In this document: positions 30,120 to 38,828 of the stretch, in pieces | Numbering within the stretch: the stretch's first letter is position 1 | How the letters are laid out: the number at the start of each line of letters is the position of its first letter | NCBI GenBank assembly: GCA_964386615.1 | Contig: CAYLSL010000003.1 | Span: forward strand, 1-50,425 | Direction of reading: 5' to 3' | Source: an uncultured Veillonellaceae bacterium | GTDB taxonomy: Bacteria > Bacillota > Negativicutes > UBA1444 | Length of the DNA: 50,425 nt | The notes under the pieces: model-generated | Told to the model about the DNA's origin: nothing | The model's database searches: none | Seen by the model: the letters and a program-made list of their open reading frames with translations, nothing else | Position numbers and translations under genes: made by a program

Positions 30120-30767
30120 TTATTTTTTGACTGCTTGAGCAACTTCAGCCGCAAAATCGGTAACTTTCTTTTCCAGGCCTTCACCCATCTGATAACGGAC
30201 AAACCTTCTGACAACAATATTTTCGCCGATCTTTGCAATCTGTGCATTTACAATTTCAGTCACAGATTTTTCCGGGTCTTTGATAAAGGTTTGTTCCATC
30301 AGGCAGTTTTCTTTATAGTACTTGTCTACGCGGCCTTCAACCATTTTGTCGACAATTTTTTCCGGCTTGCCTTCATTGAGCGCCTGAGCCCGTAGAATTT
30401 CACGTTCATGTTCAACAACTGCCGCCGGGACCTCTTCGCGATTCAAATACTGCGGATTAGCCGCTGCAATCTGCATTGCCAGGTCACGCACGAAAGAATG
30501 AAATTCCGGAGTTTTGGCAACGAAGTCAGTTTCGCAGTTGACTTCAATCATTACCCCGATTTTGCCTGCGCCATGAATGTAAGACTCAACCAATCCTTCA
30601 GCGGCGACACGACCAGATTTTTTGGCAGCTGCTGCCAGTCCTTTTTCCCGCAGATAATCAACCGCTTTGGACATATCCCCATTCGTCTCTACCAGTGCCT
30701 TTTTGCAATCCATCATGCCGGCGCCGGTCGACTCACGAAGTTCTTTAACTTGTTGTGCCGAAATCAT
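30120..30767 (-). CDS. tsf: elongation factor Ts (short form)
   Basis: [25 protein letters not shown] from ATG 30767, with GGAGGA 7 nt upstream. Confidence 0.95.
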   Translation of the reverse strand: MISAQQVKELRESTGAGMMDCKKALVETNGDMSKAVDYLREKGLAAAAKKSGRVAAEGLVESYIHGAGKIGVMIEVNCETDFVAKTPEFHSFVRDLAMQIAAANPQYLNREEVPAAVVEHEREILRAQALNEGKPEKIVDKMVEGRVDKYYKENCLMEQTFIKDPEKSVTEIVNAQIAKIGENIVVRRFVRYQMGEGLEKKVTDFAAEVAQAVKK

Positions 30768-30797
30768 TGACAATTCCTCCTATGTCAGCGTTATACG

Positions 30798-31535
30798 CTA
30801 TTCTTGCTCAGATTCTTCTGCGACGGCAACGGCTTCTTCGGCTTCCATCTGTTCGCCCTGGCGACCTTCCAGAATAGCATCCGCCATCCGAGCGGTAAGC
30901 AGTTTAACAGCACGAATCGCATCATCATTCGCAGGAATCACATAGTCAATCAGATCCGGGTCGCAGTTGGTGTCAACGATACCGACAACGGGGATGCCCA
31001 GTTTGCGGGCTTCCTGAACCGCAATCTCTTCCTTGCGGGGGTCGATGACAAACAATGCACCTGGCAGGCGATTCATGGTTTTAATACCACCGAGGAATTT
31101 CTGCAACCGTTCCATTTCATGACGCAGTTGAAGGACTTCCTTTTTGTGGAGGCCGGCAAAACCGTCGTTCGCATCCATGTCTTCCAATTTCCGCAATCTG
31201 GCAACCCGCTTCTGAATGGTTTGAAAGTTGGTCAACATGCCGCCCAGCCAACGTTCGTTGACATAAAACATATTGCAACGGATTGCTTCGTCGCGGACCG
31301 CTTCCTGCGCTTGTTTCTTGGTTCCGACGAACAACATGGTCTTGCCTTCCTGGGCAATGCTGCGGACAAAATTATAAGCATCTTCCACTTTCCTGACAGT
31401 TTTCTGCAGGTCAATGATATAGATGCCATTTCGCTCCGTAAAAATATACGGAGCCATTTTGGGGTTCCACCTTCTGGTCTGATGACCAAAATGTACCCCC
31501 GCCTCGAGAAGTTGTTTCATTGATATAACGGACAT
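30798..31535 (-). CDS. rpsB: 30S ribosomal protein S2
   Basis: [27 protein letters not shown] from ATG 31535 with AGGAGGTG upstream. The track start at 31583 lies in the leader. Confidence 0.96.
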   Translation of the reverse strand: MSVISMKQLLEAGVHFGHQTRRWNPKMAPYIFTERNGIYIIDLQKTVRKVEDAYNFVRSIAQEGKTMLFVGTKKQAQEAVRDEAIRCNMFYVNERWLGGMLTNFQTIQKRVARLRKLEDMDANDGFAGLHKKEVLQLRHEMERLQKFLGGIKTMNRLPGALFVIDPRKEEIAVQEARKLGIPVVGIVDTNCDPDLIDYVIPANDDAIRAVKLLTARMADAILEGRQGEQMEAEEAVAVAEESEQE

Positions 31536-31646
31536 AAGGCACCTCCTGTTTTTTCCTCCGTGACGTCCATTCCCCGCGCGCACCGACGCATATCGGCACA
31601 GGATGTGCGGTAGACTGCCACGTGTGTCATTAACACGTCGAAATAT

Positions 31647-31675
31647 ATTTTACCACACCGTTTTGACTACAGCAA
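31647..31675 (-). promoter_or_regulatory. sigma-A type promoter of rpsB-tsf
   Basis: Minus strand has TTGCTG (31675-31670), a 17-nt spacer and an extended -10 TGgTAAAAT (TAAAAT = 31652-31647). Confidence 0.55.
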
Positions 31676-31686
31676 GTATAAGCGTG

Positions 31687-32394
31687 TTACTCAGCGGACT
31701 TTTTCCTCAGTTTCAATAAAAGCATCACTTCCCCTTTGCCGATCCCCATTTTTTGTGCGATATCAGTGACTGACCAACCCTGCTCAGCCAGCTCAAGAAT
31801 TGTAGTTCGTTTATCCATAACAAGAGGTTTTGACTGCGCCGCCGATTTTACCATCTTGACTACAGGCGGATCTATTGGAACAGAAACCGGTTCTTGAATC
31901 TGTCGTGCTACTTCCGGCAGGATTTCCCTTACAGACATTTTGGGCTGGCTTGTTGGTTGCGTCCGAACAGCCGCGGTTGAACGTACTGGTGTGGACTTTT
32001 CTACAGCCAAAGTTTGTTGCCGTAGTTGAACCAATGCCTGTTGCTGCGCAACTAATTCCTGCTCCGTTTGTTGACGAAGCTTTTGTATCCAGTCAGCCAT
32101 CTGTTGCTGCTGTTGTTCCAGCTGTAACTGACGCAACTGATTCTGTTGGCTTTGTTGTGCCAGCAGATTGCTGCGCCGATCAATTTCTGCAAGCAGAATC
32201 TCCATCTGGGCAATTTTTGAATCCAGGCGGTCAATCGCAGTATCTGCCGTCAACAAAATCTGTTCCTGCATCTGTTCGACTGGTCCGGATAAATTACCCG
32301 ATACCTGCTGAACTATCCGACTCCGTCGCACGGCAACCCAAACAATCAGGCAGGCAATGGCCAGTGCCAGAATTGTCAATATAACATTGAGCAT
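31687..32394 (-). CDS. membrane-anchored Gln-rich coiled-coil protein with C-terminal HTH-like domain (positional equivalent of SwrB/YlxL)
   Basis: 235 aa with AGGAGG before the ATG. N-terminal TM helix LNVILTILALAIACLIVWVAV, a Q-rich heptad region, and the C-terminus ILELAEQGWSVTDIAQKMGIGKGEVMLLLKLRKK. It is the last gene before rpsB, like swrB in B. subtilis. Confidence 0.6.
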   Translation of the reverse strand: MLNVILTILALAIACLIVWVAVRRSRIVQQVSGNLSGPVEQMQEQILLTADTAIDRLDSKIAQMEILLAEIDRRSNLLAQQSQQNQLRQLQLEQQQQQMADWIQKLRQQTEQELVAQQQALVQLRQQTLAVEKSTPVRSTAAVRTQPTSQPKMSVREILPEVARQIQEPVSVPIDPPVVKMVKSAAQSKPLVMDKRTTILELAEQGWSVTDIAQKMGIGKGEVMLLLKLRKKSAE

Positions 32395-32405
32395 GGTTCC
32401 TCCTG

Positions 32406-32750
32406 TCAGGTTTTGATGTCAATCATATGACCGCGCACAGGATCTTGCGGTTCCGGACGAACAGCGGAGACTGACTCAGCCTCCGGCTCGCCGGAAGATT
32501 CAGCGTTTCTCTTCTTCTGACGACGATCTTGCTGCTTTTCCTTATGCAAATCTTCGGTTGTCACTTTTCCATCATGCTGTGTTTCTTTAGTTGTCTGCAC
32601 CTGCTGCTGTCGCTCAGCAGCGGCTTGTTTCATATGGGCAGCCAATTGCTGCTGCTGGGTTATGCTTTGTTGATCGCTAACCGCAGCAACCTTGGCGGCA
32701 TCAATAGTCCGCGGAATCATAACCTGTAAATCCATAGGTCGAATGTACAC
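32406..32750 (-). CDS. small Gln/Lys/Glu-rich hypothetical protein (114 aa)
   Basis: GTG start with GGGGTGA upstream. Packed between the FapA-like gene and the SwrB-like gene. Low-complexity and charged. Ends in ...GHMIDIKT. Confidence 0.55.
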   Translation of the reverse strand: MYIRPMDLQVMIPRTIDAAKVAAVSDQQSITQQQQLAAHMKQAAAERQQQVQTTKETQHDGKVTTEDLHKEKQQDRRQKKRNAESSGEPEAESVSAVRPEPQDPVRGHMIDIKT

Positions 32751-32798
32751 TGACGATCACCCCACTTCACTAATGAATGGAGCAGTATAATTCTCGCG

Positions 32799-34412
32799 TT
32801 ATTTAAAGGGGCGGAATTTAATTTCACCGCCATCGGCATAGAAAACAACAAATCGAAATTCTTCAGAAATCGGTTTTACCAGTGAACCAATAACAATTTT
32901 TACGCCCGGATAAACATAATCAGACACTTTGATCTGTCCACCCTTTAATTCTTCATACGCAGTTTCCAGTTCTATCATTTTTTTCCGCATTGACTCGACC
33001 TGTCCCATCGTTGAGAACTGAGCCCGGGTTATTTTTAGCAGTAATTCCTGCTTTTCCGGTGGCAGTTGGTTTTTGTCGATCGAGCGAAGCGTAAACAACC
33101 CTTTTTGCAATTGATCAAGACTGGCTTCCGCCGCTTTTAACTCTTTACGCATTGCCAAATATGCTTCCCGCAGTTTGGGATTCACTCCGGCCTGCAACTC
33201 CGTAGGTGTAGCTGAAGAAGAACCCGCAGATTTTACCAGAATTTCGTCACCTGCAGAAATAACGCCGCCAACAATCTGGCCACGCTTTCCTTCAACCCTG
33301 ACTTTTTTACCGGCGCTCAAATGACTATGCAACACGACATCACTGATTAAAATATCCTGATCCGCTGTTACTTTTGCGTTCTCAACAAACTTCGCCACAA
33401 CAGTTCCGGTTGCAGCAACCACACCTTTGTTCAAACCAAGAATGCCTTGCCTGATTGTGACATTACAGCCCTGAACATTACCACCGCTTACCATACCGGC
33501 AATGTCAACATTGCCACCGGCCTTGACCGAAAAACCTTCCTGTACAGACCCATTAATTACGACATCACCGGCAAAATCAATGTTTCCGGTTGACAGATCA
33601 ACATCGCTTTTGATATTAAGAACCGGTGATACTGATAGTTTTCCTCCGGTCAATAGCACGGTTCCCGCAACTGCTGCCACCAGTTTTGTATCATCTTCAA
33701 TCTGTACATTGGCGCCGGGATGCAATAACAAATCTTTGCCTGGTTTCGGCGGAATTGAATTGCCACAAACATCAAAGCCTTCAACCCCTTTTGTGGGTGG
33801 ATGCTTGATTGCCAAAACCTGCCCTTTTTCGACATTAATATATAAGCCAAGATTTTTAAAATCAACGCCGCCATCAACCGTTTCTGCCGGTTTCCCGCGG
33901 TTTTCCAAGTCTACCTTATACTCAATACTAGCATCCTGGGCATTTTCCGGGAACTGGCCTTTAGCGCAGAGCACACGCAACCCGGGTTGACGAACTGCCA
34001 AATCTATTGATTCAGGCATAAATCCAAACATCACTCCGGCTTTATCAACACGTTCCATTACAGTATCAACATCAGGGCGTAGCGCGCCTTCCGGCAAATC
34101 GATCTGCAGAAACGCTTCCATTCGGTCCCGAGATACAAGTACGCTGATTTCCGCCTGTGGACGAGGTTTCTGTGGTTCAGCAATTTTTATGGCTGCCCCC
34201 GTCATCGAACGTACTGCTTCTTCGACCGCAGCGCGATTATAATTTTCTATCTTATCAGCAGACAACGCATCCCAAATCTGCCCGAGTTCAACAGGGGATG
34301 CATCTCCTGCCGGTGCCTCAACGCTAAGATAAACCCCATCTTCACGGATCTGGATGGAAAAGGTTCCGTTTTTCGGTTCCACAAGCATGCTCCCTTCCTC
34401 TGCAGCTGTCAT
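32799..34412 (-). CDS. FapA/DUF342 family (flagellar assembly protein A-like)
   Basis: 537 aa. N-terminal region as in FapA, then a beta-helix-like run of G-x-V/I repeats (GNIDFAGDVVINGSV..GGNVDIAGMVSGGNVQG) and a C-terminal coiled coil. ATGA overlap with the sigD stop. An alternative start is ATG 34388. Confidence 0.75.
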   Translation of the reverse strand: MTAAEEGSMLVEPKNGTFSIQIREDGVYLSVEAPAGDASPVELGQIWDALSADKIENYNRAAVEEAVRSMTGAAIKIAEPQKPRPQAEISVLVSRDRMEAFLQIDLPEGALRPDVDTVMERVDKAGVMFGFMPESIDLAVRQPGLRVLCAKGQFPENAQDASIEYKVDLENRGKPAETVDGGVDFKNLGLYINVEKGQVLAIKHPPTKGVEGFDVCGNSIPPKPGKDLLLHPGANVQIEDDTKLVAAVAGTVLLTGGKLSVSPVLNIKSDVDLSTGNIDFAGDVVINGSVQEGFSVKAGGNVDIAGMVSGGNVQGCNVTIRQGILGLNKGVVAATGTVVAKFVENAKVTADQDILISDVVLHSHLSAGKKVRVEGKRGQIVGGVISAGDEILVKSAGSSSATPTELQAGVNPKLREAYLAMRKELKAAEASLDQLQKGLFTLRSIDKNQLPPEKQELLLKITRAQFSTMGQVESMRKKMIELETAYEELKGGQIKVSDYVYPGVKIVIGSLVKPISEEFRFVVFYADGGEIKFRPFK

Positions 34413-35158
34413 AACAAACTGGATTTGATCCGGGCGAGGGCGCCTCTGAGTCGAAAGACAGCTTTAGTGTGCAGCTGAGAAATACGCGCTTCCGACAGCT
34501 TCAGGATTAAACTGATCTCTTTCAGGGTCAACCCTTCATAATAGTATAACGATACTACGATTCTCTCTTTTTCCGGCAACTTTTCAATTGCATTGGCCAA
34601 CGTATCTTTCACTTCACCAATCTCGGCTTGTTCACTGGGACTCTCCGCCGAATCAGAAAGCGTGTCACTGTGCGTGTAATCTTCGAGTGGCATTACCGTT
34701 GTCGCCTGCAATTGTCCAATAAATTGTCCAAAATCTTGCGGACTCATATTCATAGCGGCAGCAATTTCATCATCAGTTGCCGATCTCCCCAGTTGCTGCT
34801 CCAATTCAGCTAGAATCTGGGTATAACTGCGTGCTTTTTGCCTAACTGAAACCGGGATCCAGTCTTGTGCCCGAATGGCATCCAGAATGGCTCCACGAAT
34901 CCGTACCACCGCGTAGGTTTCAAACTTAAATCCCCGCTTGGGGTCAAAACGTTCAATGGCTTCCAGCAAACCAAAATAACCATTGCTGATTAATTCTTCA
35001 CGTTCAACATATTGTGGCATTCCCATGGCAATTCTCCCTGCAACCACCTTAACCAGCGGGAGGTAATGATAAACCAACTTTTCCCGAATGTCCGGCGTAT
35101 GGTCACTCTGATAGGATAACCATAGCGAATCAACATCTTTGGCCTGTATCGTTCTCAC
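34409..35158 (-). CDS. sigD: flagellar sigma factor SigD/FliA (sigma-28)
   Basis: 249 aa with sigma-70 regions 2, 3 and 4 (ERIVVSLYYYEGLTLKEISLILKLSEARISQLHTKAV). Position after cheD as in B. subtilis. The start context is unusual (see findings). Confidence 0.9.
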   Translation of the reverse strand: MRTIQAKDVDSLWLSYQSDHTPDIREKLVYHYLPLVKVVAGRIAMGMPQYVEREELISNGYFGLLEAIERFDPKRGFKFETYAVVRIRGAILDAIRAQDWIPVSVRQKARSYTQILAELEQQLGRSATDDEIAAAMNMSPQDFGQFIGQLQATTVMPLEDYTHSDTLSDSAESPSEQAEIGEVKDTLANAIEKLPEKERIVVSLYYYEGLTLKEISLILKLSEARISQLHTKAVFRLRGALARIKSSLL

Positions 35159-35186
35159 CTCCGGAATACAGTTCGCATCGACAGAC

Positions 35187-35672
35187 CTACAGTCTGTTTT
35201 CTCCTTTGTTTACGGTCTTGATAACGAATATGCCAGAATCCAGCAAAAGTTCGACTGTTCGACCATAATTACCACCCACGTCTTCTGCCACCAGTCGAAT
35301 CGACAAAGATTTGAGAACCGCTTTCACCGCTTCCGCGTTACGATCGCCAATTCGCATCACATCTGTTGCCTGGGCAAAACTGAACATTTGTGACCCCCCG
35401 GCTATTTTAGCCGTCAACCGATTCCTTGAACCGCCCAGGGCGAGCACTTGATCCAGCAAAACCGGCAGCGCGGTATCCGCAAACTTCGCCGTATTATCGG
35501 TTGCGCGCGCTTGCGTACTATCTGGCAGCATAATGTGAGCCAAACCGCCAACTTTGGCTTGCGGATCATATAAAGCTATCCCTACGCAAGAACCCAAACC
35601 GTAAGAAATAATGCTATCGGGACTTTTTCCCGCTTTCAGGTCGGCCATACCTACCTTGATCAGTTCCGGCAT
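35187..35672 (-). CDS. cheD: chemoreceptor glutamine deamidase CheD
   Basis: 161 aa with the GLGSCVGIAL active-site Cys motif. TAATG overlap with cheC. Confidence 0.93.
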   Translation of the reverse strand: MPELIKVGMADLKAGKSPDSIISYGLGSCVGIALYDPQAKVGGLAHIMLPDSTQARATDNTAKFADTALPVLLDQVLALGGSRNRLTAKIAGGSQMFSFAQATDVMRIGDRNAEAVKAVLKSLSIRLVAEDVGGNYGRTVELLLDSGIFVIKTVNKGENRL

Positions 35673-36304
35673 TATTCGTTCACCCCTAAAGTGTTAAGAA
35701 TAACTCCAAGTGAACCCGGATCCGGAATCAGGAAAAAATGCCCCCGCACATCATTCGCTTCCGTGGCAAATTCAGTTTCGATCACCAATGCATAATCGCC
35801 CACTTGTCCAAGTTGAATCAAAATAACACTCAAAATTGCACCGGCCATATCCATCGCCAAGGCTGGCAATGAAGGCAGCAAGGTCATTTTGGTAAAGTAA
35901 GAAAGTGCATTCAAAAAGGACCCGGCCAGAATGTTGCCGATTTCCATCAACGCCGATTCATCCATGGCATTAAGAACATCCGTGGTTCCGTTTTCACGTC
36001 CCATGGCCATATCAACCAAAGCAAATGCACTATCTCGCGGTAACAAAAACAATATACTGCTTGGCGCCGGACCAAAAACACGCAAATATACACCAGCGAC
36101 CATTGTATCCGCACCGCCGACAACATCCGGCACCTCGCTGAGCGGCAGGATATTGAGCCTCGGAACCGACATATCTATTTTTCGGTTAATAATTTGTGAT
36201 AAAGCAGTCGCCGCATTTCCGGCGCCAATATTGCCAATTTCACGCAATGCGTCCAGTTGCATGGGGGTTAATGATAAGACTTCCTCTTTCTCCAAAACAA
36301 TCAC
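35672..36304 (-). CDS. cheC: CheY-P phosphatase CheC
   Basis: 210 aa with duplicated motifs DALREIGNIGAGNAATAL and ALMEIGNILAGSFLNAL. Confidence 0.9.
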   Translation of the reverse strand: MIVLEKEEVLSLTPMQLDALREIGNIGAGNAATALSQIINRKIDMSVPRLNILPLSEVPDVVGGADTMVAGVYLRVFGPAPSSILFLLPRDSAFALVDMAMGRENGTTDVLNAMDESALMEIGNILAGSFLNALSYFTKMTLLPSLPALAMDMAGAILSVILIQLGQVGDYALVIETEFATEANDVRGHFFLIPDPGSLGVILNTLGVNE

Positions 36305-36305
36305 C

Positions 36306-36773
36306 TCACGCCTGTAGGATATTTACAATCGAGTCAGGGTTAAGCATGATAAACAAGCGATTGTCCGCTTTGGCAATTCCACTGATATATTCAGTGGAAA
36401 GACCGGTTGACAATGCATGCGCAACCTCAATATTCTGCGTATTGATTGTGGTCACTTCCACCACTTCATCGACGATAAAACCAACTGTTGTATCGTTGGC
36501 CATAATAACGATAATGCGGGCAGCATCTCCCAACTCCGTCTCAACCAGTCCAAGGCGAGTCCGCAAGTCGATGACTGGCAATACGCTACCGCGCAAATTG
36601 ATAACGCCCTTGATAAAAGGAGGAGTCGATGGCACGCGGGTAATACTCATCATTCGCTTGATTTCCTGTACCCGAAGAATATCCATCCCATATTCTTCAC
36701 GGCCCAGCTTAAATATGATTAACTTAAGTTCATCATTTACATTTTCATTTACGACATTCTCAATCTCTGACAT
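36306..36773 (-). CDS. cheW: chemotaxis coupling protein CheW
   Basis: MSEIENV... from ATG 36773, with GAGGAGG 7 nt upstream. Single CheW domain (LIIFKLGREEYGMDILRVQEI). Confidence 0.93.
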   Translation of the reverse strand: MSEIENVVNENVNDELKLIIFKLGREEYGMDILRVQEIKRMMSITRVPSTPPFIKGVINLRGSVLPVIDLRTRLGLVETELGDAARIIVIMANDTTVGFIVDEVVEVTTINTQNIEVAHALSTGLSTEYISGIAKADNRLFIMLNPDSIVNILQA

Positions 36774-36788
36774 CACACAACCTCCTCT

Positions 36789-38828
36789 TTATCCAAGAGC
36801 ATTCACATCTAGAATCAATACGACCTGCCCATCGCCCAATATCGTTGCCCCGGCGATCTGTTTAATTCCAGTAAGAATCGTGCCCAGTGATTTGATGACA
36901 ATTTCCTGTTGACCAACCAACGAGTCAACCAACAAGCCAATCTTATTGTCACCCGATTGCACGATAACCACATACAGTTCCTGCTCTGATTCAAATTCGG
37001 CTGATTGCGTAATGCCCAGTCGTTTCGCCAGTCTGACCAGCGGAATAATCTGGCCCCGTAACAAAATTACCTCTTGTTGCTGAATCGTCCGGATATCTTC
37101 CGGGACGATATTGATCGTGCTGTCGATCGACCCCAACGGAATCGCATAAGTCTCAGCCTGGACCTGAATCAGCAATGCCTGAATAATTGCCAATGTCAAC
37201 GGTAGGCGAATCCGCACTCTGGTCCCCTGCCCGGGCGTTGAGTCAAGTTCAAGCGATCCGCCCAATGCTTCGATCTTGGTTCGCACGACATCCATGCCCA
37301 CGCCTCTGCCGGAAACATCCGTCACTGTTTCAGCCGTGGAGAAGCCGGACATAAAGATCAGACGCATGATGTCATTGGGATCCATCGCTTCCAGCTCGGC
37401 TTTAGTGACCAAGCCTTTTTCCAAAGCCTTCTGCTTGATCGCTTCAGCCTTTAATCCTTTACCATCATCCGACACCATCAATAACACATGGTTGCCTTCA
37501 TGGCGGGCAGTCAGGCGTACTTCACCCACGGGGTTCTTGCCAGCCGCTGTGCGGTCTGCCGGTTTTTCTATGCCATGGTCAATAGAATTACGCAGCAAGT
37601 GCACCAATGGATCACCGATTTCATCAATAACGGTGCGGTCCAGTTCCGTTTCTTCACCCTGGATGATCAAGTTTATCTCTTTACCAAGGTTATGAGACAA
37701 ATCGCGAACCATTCGCGGGAAGCGATTAAAGACTTGTCCAACCGGGACCATCCGCAATTTCATGACCACGCCCTGCAAATCGGTGGTTACCCGGTCCATC
37801 TGTTCAATGGCTTCACTCAACTCTTGCAGCTGGTTGGAAAGACCAATCTGCTGCAAGCGAGTTTTGTTAATCACTAATTCACCAACCAGATTCAACAACG
37901 AATCCAGCTTTTCAGCATCCACACGCAACAAAGCTTTTCCTTTTGCCTTAGCAGCAGCCGGATCGACTTTGGACTCCTTGGCAACTTCGCGTGTCTGTTC
38001 CACTACAGGCTCTGTTCCCGATGCCACAGATGCTTCAACGGCTCTGGGGCGTTGAGGCTCAGCTTGCGAACTTACACAGGGAATTGCAATTGCCTTCTCA
38101 ATCTCGGCAATAGATAAAATTGTTTCGCAGATTTTTTCCGCCGTGTTTTCTGTTACTAATACCACACTGAACTCAAGGCCAAAATTATCTTTTTCCAGAT
38201 CCTCAACCAGTGGGTCCGTTTTGATCACATCACCCAATTCATCAAGGGCCTTCATCGCCATATAAGCCCGTACTGATTTTAGCAAAGTACCATCCCGAAC
38301 ACCGATTTTCAACTGATAAACCTGCATGCCTTGCGCCAGTGCCGAGTTTACCATCTGCTGTTCTGTTTCATTGAGTTCAATATCTGATGTTGCAGCGGCA
38401 CTCTCAACCACTGGAGCAGCAGGCTCTGTTGAAACCGCGGGCGTGACTTCGCCCTTGGCTAAAGCAGCCAATTTGGCAGACAACGCTGCGACTTCAACAC
38501 CGCCGCTTTGTCCGCTGACAACCTCCTCCACCAACTGTTCCAACCGGTCGACGCATTGAAATAATGTGTCGATAATGCCTGCATGCGCCTTTAAAGTTCC
38601 CTTGCGCAATAAATCAAGTACGTTTTCCATTTCATGGGTTAGTTCCGCTATCGCCGTATACCCCATCGTGGCAGACATGCCTTTGATCGTATGGGCGCTA
38701 CGAAAAATTTCATCGAGAATCTGTAAATTGCCGGGATCATGTTCCAAATCCAGTACGCAACGATTTAGCGTCTGCAAGTGTTCCCGTGCTTCTTCCAAAA
38801 ATATACCCAGATATTGATTTACATCCAT
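36789..38828 (-). CDS. cheA: chemotaxis histidine kinase CheA
   Basis: 679 aa. Hpt FRSAHTIKGMSATMG. HATPase boxes (DDGKGL, GRGVGMDVV). C-terminal CheW-like P5. Confidence 0.95.
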   Translation of the reverse strand: MDVNQYLGIFLEEAREHLQTLNRCVLDLEHDPGNLQILDEIFRSAHTIKGMSATMGYTAIAELTHEMENVLDLLRKGTLKAHAGIIDTLFQCVDRLEQLVEEVVSGQSGGVEVAALSAKLAALAKGEVTPAVSTEPAAPVVESAAATSDIELNETEQQMVNSALAQGMQVYQLKIGVRDGTLLKSVRAYMAMKALDELGDVIKTDPLVEDLEKDNFGLEFSVVLVTENTAEKICETILSIAEIEKAIAIPCVSSQAEPQRPRAVEASVASGTEPVVEQTREVAKESKVDPAAAKAKGKALLRVDAEKLDSLLNLVGELVINKTRLQQIGLSNQLQELSEAIEQMDRVTTDLQGVVMKLRMVPVGQVFNRFPRMVRDLSHNLGKEINLIIQGEETELDRTVIDEIGDPLVHLLRNSIDHGIEKPADRTAAGKNPVGEVRLTARHEGNHVLLMVSDDGKGLKAEAIKQKALEKGLVTKAELEAMDPNDIMRLIFMSGFSTAETVTDVSGRGVGMDVVRTKIEALGGSLELDSTPGQGTRVRIRLPLTLAIIQALLIQVQAETYAIPLGSIDSTINIVPEDIRTIQQQEVILLRGQIIPLVRLAKRLGITQSAEFESEQELYVVIVQSGDNKIGLLVDSLVGQQEIVIKSLGTILTGIKQIAGATILGDGQVVLILDVNALG

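Noticed and set aside
30804-31523. 239-aa plus-strand ORF
   Set aside because: It mirrors rpsB almost end to end and is an antisense-frame artefact. The same reasoning applies to 257-847 (antisense to dapF), 36196-36912 (antisense to cheC/cheW/cheA) and 47694-48257 (antisense to cheY/fliY).
31590-31597. Perfect SigD-type -10 box GCCGATAT on the minus strand in the rpsB leader
   Set aside because: No TAAA-like -35 lies at the required 15-nt spacing (only TCTA at 13 nt). It also lies downstream of a good sigma-A promoter, so it is most likely chance or part of a leader helix.
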